DNA of 64,000 nt from Candidatus Hydrogenedentota bacterium. GTDB taxonomy: Bacteria > Hydrogenedentota > Hydrogenedentia > Hydrogenedentales > SLHB01. The translations under genes and the position numbers were made by a program. Location: NCBI GenBank assembly GCA_045863295.1, contig BTWA01000003.1, forward strand, positions 115,158 to 179,157, written 5' to 3'. This document shows positions 38,860 to 47,837 of this stretch, one piece after another (position 1 is the first letter of the stretch; each line of letters opens with the position of its first letter). The notes under the pieces were generated by a model, which had not been told where the DNA came from, did no database searches, and saw nothing but the letters and a program-made list of their open reading frames with translations.

Positions 38860-40311
38860 ATGTCCGATCCAATTCCGTCTGTTGCCGCCATTCTGATGGC
38901 GGAAGGCGACCCTGACAGAATCCTCCTCGTCCGAAGAAATCTTGTGCTCCGGTTTATGGGGGGATTCCACGTCTTCCCGGGAGGGCGCATCGAAGCTCAG
39001 GAAAGTACGCTGAATGTCGACGCGGCAGACCATGCCGGACACGCGGCCGCGATCCATGCCGTAGCGCGAGAAGTATTCGAGGAGACTGGTATTCTTTGCA
39101 CGCGCGGCCCGAGGCCGCCGGCAGAAGAACTTCACGATATGCGGGTAAAACTATTGGCAGAGGCCATTACGTTTGACGATGTTCTCCTTCGCTCCTCTCT
39201 TCGAATACACGCGGCGGATTTCAGACCTGCGGGCCGCTGGGTTACGCCACCGTTCATGCCTATTCGTTTCGACACACAATACTTTTTGTATAGCTGCGAG
39301 ACGCCGGCCGATGTGCAAATCATTGAAGGCGAAATCATCGACTTTGGTTGGTACTCTCCAGAGGAGGCGCGCACATTGTGGCAGAAGGGAAGCATAAAAC
39401 TGCCGCACCCGGTGGCTTTCGCATTGCGCCAATTGTCGCTTCGCGACCGGCCGGATCTCTTGGACCGGCTCTGTGAGACCTCCGTGAGCAAAGATTCAAG
39501 TATCGGACGCATTGAAACACGCAGAGGAATTCACGTATTACCGCTGGAAACATCGGGCTTGCCCCCGGCCACGCATACGAATTGCGTCCTTGTGGGCGAA
39601 GATGATCTGTTTGTAATCGATCCGGGACCGGGTCCGGGATCTGGGCGTATAGGTTTGCTTGATCAGCTTGACCAACTGTGCCGCAACGGCGCCCGAATAC
39701 ATGCCGTACTGCTCACCCACGGCCACCCCGATCATGTGGGATCAGCGGAATGGGTAAAGGCTCACTGCGGGGCTCCTATATGGGCACACCGGAACACGAG
39801 GCTCAGTTTCGCGCCTGATCGATACCTCGAAGACGGCGACGTGATTCCATTGGCCGGAGATCCGGGATGGCGGCTACGCTGCCTTCACACACCGGGTCAT
39901 GATCCGGGTCATCTCTGCTTTTTCGAAGAGTCCACTCGAACGGTCATTGCGGGGGATTTGGTTTCCGGTCACGGATCCGTGGTCATTGCGCCGGACAACG
40001 GAGGTGAGATGACGGCCTATCTGGCAAGTCTTCGACGCGTACAGGCAATCGCGGCCAAACTGATCATTCCCGCGCACGGATTCCCCATAGGCAAGCCCGA
40101 TGAATTTATCCTGAATACCCTAGACCATCGGCTCACTCGGGAAGCGAGGATAAAGGCCGCCCTGGACGGCGGTCTCGAAACGGAAGAGGCCCTGTTGGCA
40201 GAGGCATACAAGGATGTTCACGAATCGTTGTGGCCGCTGGCGCGACAGAGTCTTCGCGCCCACCTTGCACGTCTGCGGGCGAACACGGTTGAACAAAAAA
40301 GCCCGGATTGA
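38860..40311 (+). CDS. NUDIX hydrolase fused to an MBL-fold metallo-hydrolase
   Basis: NUDIX box GGRIEAQES...REVFEETGI in the N-terminal half. HGHPDHVGS plus downstream His/Asp residues of the metallo-beta-lactamase fold in the C-terminal half. Confidence 0.7.
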   Translation: MSDPIPSVAAILMAEGDPDRILLVRRNLVLRFMGGFHVFPGGRIEAQESTLNVDAADHAGHAAAIHAVAREVFEETGILCTRGPRPPAEELHDMRVKLLAEAITFDDVLLRSSLRIHAADFRPAGRWVTPPFMPIRFDTQYFLYSCETPADVQIIEGEIIDFGWYSPEEARTLWQKGSIKLPHPVAFALRQLSLRDRPDLLDRLCETSVSKDSSIGRIETRRGIHVLPLETSGLPPATHTNCVLVGEDDLFVIDPGPGPGSGRIGLLDQLDQLCRNGARIHAVLLTHGHPDHVGSAEWVKAHCGAPIWAHRNTRLSFAPDRYLEDGDVIPLAGDPGWRLRCLHTPGHDPGHLCFFEESTRTVIAGDLVSGHGSVVIAPDNGGEMTAYLASLRRVQAIAAKLIIPAHGFPIGKPDEFILNTLDHRLTREARIKAALDGGLETEEALLAEAYKDVHESLWPLARQSLRAHLARLRANTVEQKSPD

Positions 40312-40353
40312 TCGTCAATCCGGGCTTGTCCTGGCCAACGACTTGTTCTTACC

Positions 40354-42495
40354 TCACGACGGCGCCGGCACGGGTTCCGCAGCCGGCAACTCGGGCGCGG
40401 GCGCCGAGCTTTCATCCAATACCGGTGTCAAGGGGCGGCTGCCGCGGCGGCCTTGGAACATGAGCAAATCGCCATCGATTGCGAGTTCGAACTGCTGCCC
40501 GCCGATGTCCATTTTTACTTTGCCATCGATAACCTCGTATTTACCTTTCGGGCCGCGATTGAAGATCACGACGCCGTCTTCCTTGAAGTCAAGGCGCATT
40601 CGGTCACCGCGGCGCCATGTCGTACCAACAATGGTTTGTGCATCCAACATGATACCGGTATGAATGATAGGCTCATCCGGCTGTTGGCGGCGTTCGCGGG
40701 GCGGGTTCTGAGCGACTATTGGCGAGTCCGGATCGAAGGTGTACATCATGTAGCCGATAAACATTTCCTCGTACGTCTGTTCGCCAAAGTACACCGTCGC
40801 CGAGGGATCGGGATTTTGCGGGTTGCGCGGGGAGTTGTCAAACGCTCCGGTCGCAATGATGCGCGTGCCACCCGGCAAATGCTTTGGCTCTTTTAGTTGG
40901 TATAACGTTTGCCAATTGAAATCGTAGTTGGGCACGGACAGCAACACTTCCGACGTACCGTCGGGATACTGCGCCTCATACTGAAAGCGCTTGCCACGGT
41001 AGTGCATGTGCGGCGACATTGCCCACAAGACCGAATCACGTTCTATCAGGTGGCCGGCCTCAGTGGGGGCATCGTGACTTCCCGCAGGAATTTCAAAACG
41101 GGTATTGGATGCGGCACGCGTGGCCAGCACGCGATCCGGCACGCCTTCGTGAAAATAAAGGGCCATTTGCGGCCGATCGATTTCTTCTTTGCCGGTAGCG
41201 GTGTAGTGCAGTTGGAAATAGAACTTGGTGCCGGCCGGCAGGTATTTGCCCGAATTCTCGGGGAATGCGTGTGGCTCCATACCGGGCACGTATCCCGCGA
41301 AGAAACCGTTCAAGCCGCTGTCCGGATCGGTCTGCTGGTCTTGCTTTTCCGGTGGAAACAGCTCAAACACCAGTATATGGTGCGCGACTTCACGGTTGCT
41401 CGGCCGCACTTCGACCGCACGAACCCACTTGTCTTCCTCTAAGCCCGAAGGCACTTCAATGTAACGGTAGTCAAAGACGCCGGTGGACGATACCTGCTGG
41501 TCTTCCGGTAGTGATATCACCATATCCGGCTCGCCCAATTTCCATTCCGTCACGGGCATATCGGCCACGGATTCCAGCGGATCGATTTCTCCGTCGGCCG
41601 GCGAGCCCGCATCGATCCAGGCGACAAACTTCCGCAATTCGGCCGGAGTCAGAGCGCGATCATTTCCGAATTCGCCATGCTTGGGATCGGCGTGCCAAGG
41701 CGGCATCCGTTTGGACATCACCGCCTCCTTGATGGTGGGACCCCACGTTTTTACGCGCTGATGGCTTGAGAATGAAAATGGACCCACGTTGCCGGGGCTG
41801 TGACACGCAACACACTTGCCCTGCACAATGGGCACGATATCCTGCGTGTACGATACGTCTTTCACCGCCGCCGCAAAGAAGATTTTGCAGCCCTTCACCG
41901 GCGTTGACTTGACCTTGATCTCCTCGCCCTTCAGCAGCGCCTGGATTGCATCGTCCAGCCAGGTTTCGGTGGGCTCGGGTTTACGGGCCGTATAGTCGAT
42001 GCTGTCGTCGATCGCCCCGCGGTAGAGAATTGCCCAATCCTTTGGATTGATTAGGATGGCTTCGCAGGTCCGCTCGACGCCAAGCGACTTCACCACCAAT
42101 TGCGCTTCATCAAGCAGGATGGGGATATCTATGCCGAATTCCTTCGCTTCGCTCGCCACGTCTTCCCGTGTGTCGAGCGGGTTGCCGTTCAACATAAGGA
42201 AAACGACGCCCTCGGGGGCATATTTGTCACGCAGGGCTTTCAAAGCCGGCACGCTTTTTTGCGCAATCGGGCAGCCATTACCCGTGGTATACAGCACAAT
42301 GGCTTTTGAATCCGCTCCGTACCGGTGCAACTCATGCGACTGACCGAGATGATCCATGAGCCGGAAATTCTCGGCCTTCGCGGGTTTGGCGGTTTCGGCG
42401 GGCGTTTCGCTGTCGTGCTGCGCCCATGCGTACGAAACCATCACTCCAATGGCCAGAAAGGTTCCGGCAACTCCGAAAACAACTGCGCGAATCAT
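40354..42495 (-). CDS. Redoxin-like / planctomycete cytochrome c (CxxCH) / type-II copper monooxygenase (PHM/DBH-like) three-domain secreted protein, paralog 1
   Basis: Signal peptide. Thioredoxin-fold block (no CxxC). CVACHSPGNVGPF...RMPPWHAD...FVAWIDAG PSCyt-like haem domain. Cu sites HHILVF...QLHY (H-H...H) and PHMHYRG...EEMFIGYMMY (H-x-H...M). Confidence 0.7.
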   Translation of the reverse strand: MIRAVVFGVAGTFLAIGVMVSYAWAQHDSETPAETAKPAKAENFRLMDHLGQSHELHRYGADSKAIVLYTTGNGCPIAQKSVPALKALRDKYAPEGVVFLMLNGNPLDTREDVASEAKEFGIDIPILLDEAQLVVKSLGVERTCEAILINPKDWAILYRGAIDDSIDYTARKPEPTETWLDDAIQALLKGEEIKVKSTPVKGCKIFFAAAVKDVSYTQDIVPIVQGKCVACHSPGNVGPFSFSSHQRVKTWGPTIKEAVMSKRMPPWHADPKHGEFGNDRALTPAELRKFVAWIDAGSPADGEIDPLESVADMPVTEWKLGEPDMVISLPEDQQVSSTGVFDYRYIEVPSGLEEDKWVRAVEVRPSNREVAHHILVFELFPPEKQDQQTDPDSGLNGFFAGYVPGMEPHAFPENSGKYLPAGTKFYFQLHYTATGKEEIDRPQMALYFHEGVPDRVLATRAASNTRFEIPAGSHDAPTEAGHLIERDSVLWAMSPHMHYRGKRFQYEAQYPDGTSEVLLSVPNYDFNWQTLYQLKEPKHLPGGTRIIATGAFDNSPRNPQNPDPSATVYFGEQTYEEMFIGYMMYTFDPDSPIVAQNPPRERRQQPDEPIIHTGIMLDAQTIVGTTWRRGDRMRLDFKEDGVVIFNRGPKGKYEVIDGKVKMDIGGQQFELAIDGDLLMFQGRRGSRPLTPVLDESSAPAPELPAAEPVPAPS

Positions 42496-42531
42496 GGCCC
42501 ACTCCCTGGTTACGCTTGTGGCATCCAACGC

Positions 42532-44547
42532 CTATTGGATACGCGGTACTGGCTCGCCGTCATCATACGTCAACTGATCGCCGTTGATTAAAAGGTCGTA
42601 TTCATTCCCCAACACTTTCATTACAACACGCTGTCCGTCAAACCACCAGCGGCCGCGGATGCCTTTGTTCACCTGAAGCTTGCCTTCCGCGTTGAATGTG
42701 AATTTGTAGCGGCCGCTTTGCCAGACCGTGCCGACAATATTTTCCTCGGTGATGGGAATTCCCGTGCGGATGGATTCAATTACTTCCTTCTCTTTATCCA
42801 CCTTTACCGGTGCGTCGGGATCAAACGAGTAGTCCAGATACCCAATGAACATCTCGTCGAACGTCTGGTCGCCAAAATACACCGTTGTCGTCGGATCCGG
42901 GTTGTTTGGATTGCGCACTGAATTGTCGAATCCGCCGGAGGCATGAATTACCGTGCCGGCCGGTAGCTTCTTCGGTTTCTGCAATTCGTAGATGTGCTGC
43001 CAATTGAAGTCATAGGCAGGCACCGACAACAACAGCTCGCGCTTGCCGTTGGGGTACTCGGCTTCGTACTTGAACCACTTGCCGCGAAGGTGCATGTGGG
43101 GAATCAGTTTGTGCAACGTGGCGTCGCGGTCGACCGTAAACTCCGCCGTGGTCGTGCTGTTGTAGTCGCCCGGCAGAATCTCAAAATCGATATTGTTCGC
43201 CGCGCGGGTCACAAACTCCCTCGCAGGCGGCGTATCGTGAAAATATAGCGCCATTTGAGTACGTTCATGCTCTTCCTTGCCAGTCGCGGTGTAGTGATTC
43301 TGAAAAACAAAACGGGATCCGGCAGGCAAGAACTTGCCGGAATCCTTGGGATATACCTGGGGATGGAACCCCGGTACATAGCCCGCGAAGAATCCCTCCA
43401 ATCCGCCGTCGTTATCGTCGTCTTCGTCATCGTCCTCATTTTCGCGCCGGTTGGGTTCGCTGAGAAATACCAGCACGTGGTGAGTTACTTGCCGGTTGTT
43501 CGTGCGCACTTCGACCGCGCGCACCCACTTGTCTTCCGTAAGTCCGGAAGGCACGCCAAAGTAGCGATAGTCGAATACACCCGACGCGGGTATCACTTGA
43601 TCCTCGGGCAATTCGACCAGCAAGTCCGGTTCACCAAGCGACCACGCCGGCATTTCCATGTCTTCCACCGCTTCGAGCGGATCGACATCGCCATCCTTGG
43701 GCGCGCCCGCATCAAGCCATGCAAGCACGGTGCGGGTTTCCTTCGCAGACAAATCCCGCGCATTCGAAAATGCCCCAACCTCTTCGTCCGCGTGCCACGG
43801 CGGCATACGTTGAGTCATCAGGACTTCTTCGATCATCGGGCCCCAGGTTTGTACGCGGCGATGGCTGGAGAAACTGAATGGGCCAATATTGCCCGGACTG
43901 TGGCAACTTACACACTTGTTCTCGATGATCGGAACAATGTCGTTGACATACGAAACCTCTTGAGGCAACGGCTGGTACTTGATGGCCGTACCGTTGCTGG
44001 CTTCGCCTGACGTCACTTCTTTCCCTGCGATTACGGCCTCCAAAGCCGCCTTTAGCCCTGCTGCGGCACCACGATAGACAATTCCGCACTCTTTAGGTTC
44101 CACCACCAGGGCCTCTCCATTGCGCTCGAAGCCAAGACGGCGGGAGACCATTTGCGATTCGTCCATCAGAATTGGCAATGCCACACCCGCATCCGCAACG
44201 ATGTCGGCCACGTGACCGCGCTTTTCCCGCTTGTTCGCGTCCAGAAAAAGGAAGACTACGCCTTGTTGGCCCAGTTCCTGGTGAAGGGCATTCAAGTTGG
44301 GCAGGTCAGCGCGAGACGTGTCGCACTTGGTCGAGAAGGAGTAGATAACAATGGCTTTCGCATCGGCGCAGTAGCGTGAAAGTTGATGCGCCTCGCCGTT
44401 CTGATCAATTAATAGGAAATCAGGGGCTTTGTTTGGCTTTACGCCGGGGTCGGCCTGTTCAACGTTTTGCCCCGCGGCAGTCAGAGCCAGCACCATCGTC
44501 AGCAGCACGTTCGTCACCCAAATCTTTCCAGCAAACCTTGACCGCAT
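42532..44547 (-). CDS. Redoxin-like / cytochrome c / PHM-like copper monooxygenase three-domain protein, paralog 2
   Basis: Same architecture. CVSCHSPGNIGPF...RMPPWHAD. THHVLVF...QNHY and PHMHLRG...DEMFIGYLDY. AAGAGG SD 9 nt upstream of the chosen ATG (44547). Confidence 0.7.
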   Translation of the reverse strand: MRSRFAGKIWVTNVLLTMVLALTAAGQNVEQADPGVKPNKAPDFLLIDQNGEAHQLSRYCADAKAIVIYSFSTKCDTSRADLPNLNALHQELGQQGVVFLFLDANKREKRGHVADIVADAGVALPILMDESQMVSRRLGFERNGEALVVEPKECGIVYRGAAAGLKAALEAVIAGKEVTSGEASNGTAIKYQPLPQEVSYVNDIVPIIENKCVSCHSPGNIGPFSFSSHRRVQTWGPMIEEVLMTQRMPPWHADEEVGAFSNARDLSAKETRTVLAWLDAGAPKDGDVDPLEAVEDMEMPAWSLGEPDLLVELPEDQVIPASGVFDYRYFGVPSGLTEDKWVRAVEVRTNNRQVTHHVLVFLSEPNRRENEDDDEDDDNDGGLEGFFAGYVPGFHPQVYPKDSGKFLPAGSRFVFQNHYTATGKEEHERTQMALYFHDTPPAREFVTRAANNIDFEILPGDYNSTTTAEFTVDRDATLHKLIPHMHLRGKWFKYEAEYPNGKRELLLSVPAYDFNWQHIYELQKPKKLPAGTVIHASGGFDNSVRNPNNPDPTTTVYFGDQTFDEMFIGYLDYSFDPDAPVKVDKEKEVIESIRTGIPITEENIVGTVWQSGRYKFTFNAEGKLQVNKGIRGRWWFDGQRVVMKVLGNEYDLLINGDQLTYDDGEPVPRIQ

Positions 44548-44949
44548 GATAGCCATCCTCTTGTCATTACCTACCGGTGGGTACGAATTCGCTTGACAGG
44601 CTCCCTTCGAAGGAACCCCTGTCGACCGGATTGGCACAACCTCGCACAAATTCGAATTGCATGGATATTCGGCAATCGGCACATCGCGCAGAAATGCCGC
44701 AAATTACTGATACGAATACCTTTACGGAATAAGCTCCGTTCACCATGAGAGCGGGGGCGACCATGCCACTACGAGGCCGGTCCCCGCCAAGCTACGACGA
44801 TTCCACAGCTAGACGATACACGATACTGGTCTTTTTGACAAGGTACAAGAAACAGTCCTGCCCTTCACTTCCATGCATTCATTGGACGCAGGAAACCAAG
44901 TAAAGGTTTGGAAAATTTTGGAGTGATTGCCACAAACACGTGTGGATAG

Positions 44950-45825
44950 TCAGTCGCCGATGCCAACAAGCGTGAGCGCTCTGGATATGGCTTCAAACCG
45001 GGCCGGCAGATATCCGGCCGGGTCCCCGTCCACCTGCATGGGGACGGGGCTGTTCGATGCGCTGCTCAGTTCGACCACCGCGCCCTTTATGTAAGTTATC
45101 GACCGCAATGATGTGAAACCGGGGAAAAACGCGCGAAGCGCGAGCCAGGCGAGTCGCAGCGGTCGCGGCTCACGAATGATGCAAACATCCAGCAGGCCGT
45201 CATCAGTAACGGCCGCGGGCGTGAACGGGATGATTCCGGCCGTGTACCTGCAGTTGCCGATGATGACATAGCCCGCATTTGATTCAATCTCCATTCCATC
45301 CACGACAACACGAATAGGAGCGGGCTCGAATGTGAATGCCGTCTTCAGCGTGGGCAGAATCCATGCGAGCAGTCCGAGTTTCTTGCCCCGGTGTGCATGA
45401 ATTACATTCACCACGGCGGCATCGAATCCAGCGCCGGCTCCCATCAAGAAGCGATGTCCGTTGGCGGATCCCAAATCCAGAACGCGGCGCTTTCCGGACA
45501 CAATCCTCTCCGCCAGGACAGCGGGATCGCGCGAAAGCCCATACTCCCGTGCAACGACGTTCGCGGTACCCAATGGCAGTATGGCGAGCGGCACGGCGGT
45601 CCCCGTGAAGCCGTTTACGACTTCGTTGGCCGTGCCGTCTCCGCCAACGGATGCCACGCAGTCGTAGCCATGGGCGGCAGCCGCGGACCGCGCATCGCCC
45701 TGGGCTCGGGTAATCACCGTGTGCGTATCCGCACCGCGACTCCGAAGCTCGCGAGCAAGCTGGTTTGCCGTGAATTCGCCTTTGCCGCCGCCGGCGATGG
45801 GATTGGCAATAATCAGTACGTTCAC
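44950..45825 (-). CDS. Diacylglycerol kinase catalytic-domain family lipid kinase (YegS/DagK-like)
   Basis: NPIAGGGKG...VGGDGTANEV...LPLGTANVVA motifs. Confidence 0.75.
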   Translation of the reverse strand: MNVLIIANPIAGGGKGEFTANQLARELRSRGADTHTVITRAQGDARSAAAAHGYDCVASVGGDGTANEVVNGFTGTAVPLAILPLGTANVVAREYGLSRDPAVLAERIVSGKRRVLDLGSANGHRFLMGAGAGFDAAVVNVIHAHRGKKLGLLAWILPTLKTAFTFEPAPIRVVVDGMEIESNAGYVIIGNCRYTAGIIPFTPAAVTDDGLLDVCIIREPRPLRLAWLALRAFFPGFTSLRSITYIKGAVVELSSASNSPVPMQVDGDPAGYLPARFEAISRALTLVGIGD

Positions 45826-45952
45826 GTCAGCGAATTGCCCCTGTTCGCCAGGTGTGGCGGACTGCCGCTTTGCCAGCCGGATCGTTCATGGCCACATGGA
45901 ACTTTACTCACAGGCAAGTCCCCAACGGCCGTGCCAATCTTCATTCTCATCT

Positions 45953-46777
45953 CTAACGATCCAGCTTGGCCAATTCCTGAAAGAACCAATCCTGTGCTGG
46001 AAATCTCGTATTCATTTTCAAGTAAGCGGTGTGGCCGTCCAGATACACTACATGGATGCCTGTTGAATGATTCCCCGGCCGCTCTATCAACACGGGGATT
46101 TCCGCAGGCGTGGAATCACCCTCGGGCTCCAACCGCAATCGGCGCACGGTTGCGCTGCCGCCCCGCGCGCCAAACTGCGATATCAGGTCGCCGTGAAACG
46201 ACTCGCCCACGGATATCTGTTTTCGGTACGCCTGAAAAAAGGCGCGCGCCTGTTGCGGATTGGCAATTTCATACCCAAAGTAAAAATACGACCGATCATG
46301 ACATTGGACAGGAGGTATGCGTTGGCCGTCCCGGTGCGGTTCGTTCGGACAGGAAAACACCGTCCTGTTGCCATCAAGGCCGGACATCTCCACGGCGGGG
46401 TCGAGTGTAAAATCACCGGCAAAAGACGAAACCGGGGGCAATAGGCCGCCGTTTGCATCCGCCCACTGGGTACAGGCAAGGGCGATGAGAATCATGTTGT
46501 TTTGGCAGGTCGATCGCCGAGCAGGCTCAAGATTAGAGGAAAAGGACGACGTTAAGAGCACCGTGCCAATGATCATGCCCAGGATAATGAAACCCGCGGA
46601 ATAAACAAACGCTTGGCGATCGGCCCATGCGGATTGACCGTTCACGGATTCCGCCGGCGCCGGGCGCCTTGCAATGCGACCTTCTCGCGGTGTTTGACGG
46701 TTCAAGCCACGTTCGCTCGCTTTTCGGAACCCGCACAAACGGTTCGGTACGCCACATACCCCAGTTGGCCGAAACAA
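45953..46777 (-). CDS. DUF1559 (H-X9-DG) domain protein with a degenerate prepilin-like N-terminus
   Basis: C-terminal HSTGIHVVYLDGHTAYL H-X9-DG motif and C.NN...ALA...Y block. The N-terminal hydrophobic helix lacks the GFxxxE prepilin signature. True start uncertain. Confidence 0.6.
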   Translation of the reverse strand: MFRPTGVCGVPNRLCGFRKASERGLNRQTPREGRIARRPAPAESVNGQSAWADRQAFVYSAGFIILGMIIGTVLLTSSFSSNLEPARRSTCQNNMILIALACTQWADANGGLLPPVSSFAGDFTLDPAVEMSGLDGNRTVFSCPNEPHRDGQRIPPVQCHDRSYFYFGYEIANPQQARAFFQAYRKQISVGESFHGDLISQFGARGGSATVRRLRLEPEGDSTPAEIPVLIERPGNHSTGIHVVYLDGHTAYLKMNTRFPAQDWFFQELAKLDR

Positions 46778-46782
46778 CGCGT

Positions 46783-47166
46783 TTAATTCAATGCGTGGGG
46801 AAACAACAACTCGAACGCGCCAATATCCACCTCAAATTCCGCGCCATCGTCCCGGCGCATTGTATACGCACCTTCCATGGTGCCATACGATGTATGGAGC
46901 GGACAGGCGCTCATGTACTCGAAGTGGCGGCCGGGCTCGATGTAGGGCTGTTCTCCAACAACACCTTCGCCTTTGACTTCCTTTTCTTCGCCCAGGGCGT
47001 CCGTGATCACCCAATGGCGTCGCACAAGCTTTGCCGGTTCGTCACCCTCGTTGATTATCTGTATCCGATAGGCAAAAAAGAACCGGTGCTCCGAGGGATT
47101 GGACCGGTCTGGAACGTAGAAGCTCTCAGTGATAACCCGAATGCTTTGTGTGACTGTATCTGACAT
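46783..47166 (-). CDS. apaG: ApaG (DUF525) protein
   Basis: FFFAYRIQIINEGDEPAKLVRRHWVITDALGEEKEVKGEGVVGEQP matches the ApaG family. Confidence 0.7.
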   Translation of the reverse strand: MSDTVTQSIRVITESFYVPDRSNPSEHRFFFAYRIQIINEGDEPAKLVRRHWVITDALGEEKEVKGEGVVGEQPYIEPGRHFEYMSACPLHTSYGTMEGAYTMRRDDGAEFEVDIGAFELLFPHALN

Positions 47167-47249
47167 TTCTTGCCTGCAACCCAATGGAGTATGTCTCTAC
47201 ACCATATTCTATCAGAAGGGGTTGGGGGAGGCACAAGCGGAAGGGCGGG

Positions 47250-47837
47250 TCAGATCGTGCCGCGCCGCCGGAAACCGGGATCGCGGTAGGCGGCCCGTAA
47301 CGCGTTGGAAACGCTTTCAATCTGTGCTTCCAGGTCGGTTACGTCCTTGGATTCAGGATCCACTTTGCGGGCGGCCTCGGCCTGTTCCTTGCACTTTTGC
47401 ACTAATGCTTCAATGAGCGTGAACGGATTGAGCCCTGACGGTGCGCCGTTGTCGAGTATGAACAACAACTGACGCAGATGAACTTTCGCAATGTCGATGT
47501 GGCAAATGAGTTCAAAGTATTGGCTGGAAAACCGGGGTATAGGGCTGGGGCCGCCCGTTCGCTTATAAATCGCCAGCGCGGTCTCAAGCTCGCCTTGAGC
47601 CACCATCAGCCAGCGGTTGTCCGAAGAACTCAAGTAACACCAGCCAAGGTAATAGTGGCCCCCAGCGTGGTGAGGCTGTTCCAGGAGTAGTTGTTTCAGA
47701 ATTGGGATGGCTTCGTCGAAACGTGTTTCAAGGCACAGGTATTCCGCTTCAGCCAGCAGATCCCGTTTCGGTTGTGACTGACAAGCGGCGGCCCCAATCG
47801 CTATCAGGACCGCCGCCGTAACTCTCTTAATTGCCAT
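47250..47837 (-). CDS. TPR-like lipoprotein
   Basis: Lipobox IGAAAC. HYYLGWCYL TPR-like helix pair. Confidence 0.5.
   Translation of the reverse strand: MAIKRVTAAVLIAIGAAACQSQPKRDLLAEAEYLCLETRFDEAIPILKQLLLEQPHHAGGHYYLGWCYLSSSDNRWLMVAQGELETALAIYKRTGGPSPIPRFSSQYFELICHIDIAKVHLRQLLFILDNGAPSGLNPFTLIEALVQKCKEQAEAARKVDPESKDVTDLEAQIESVSNALRAAYRDPGFRRRGTI

Noticed and set aside
45391-46410. 339-aa plus-strand ORF
   Set aside because: Spans the antisense of two well-supported genes (DagK-like and DUF1559). Arg/Pro-rich.
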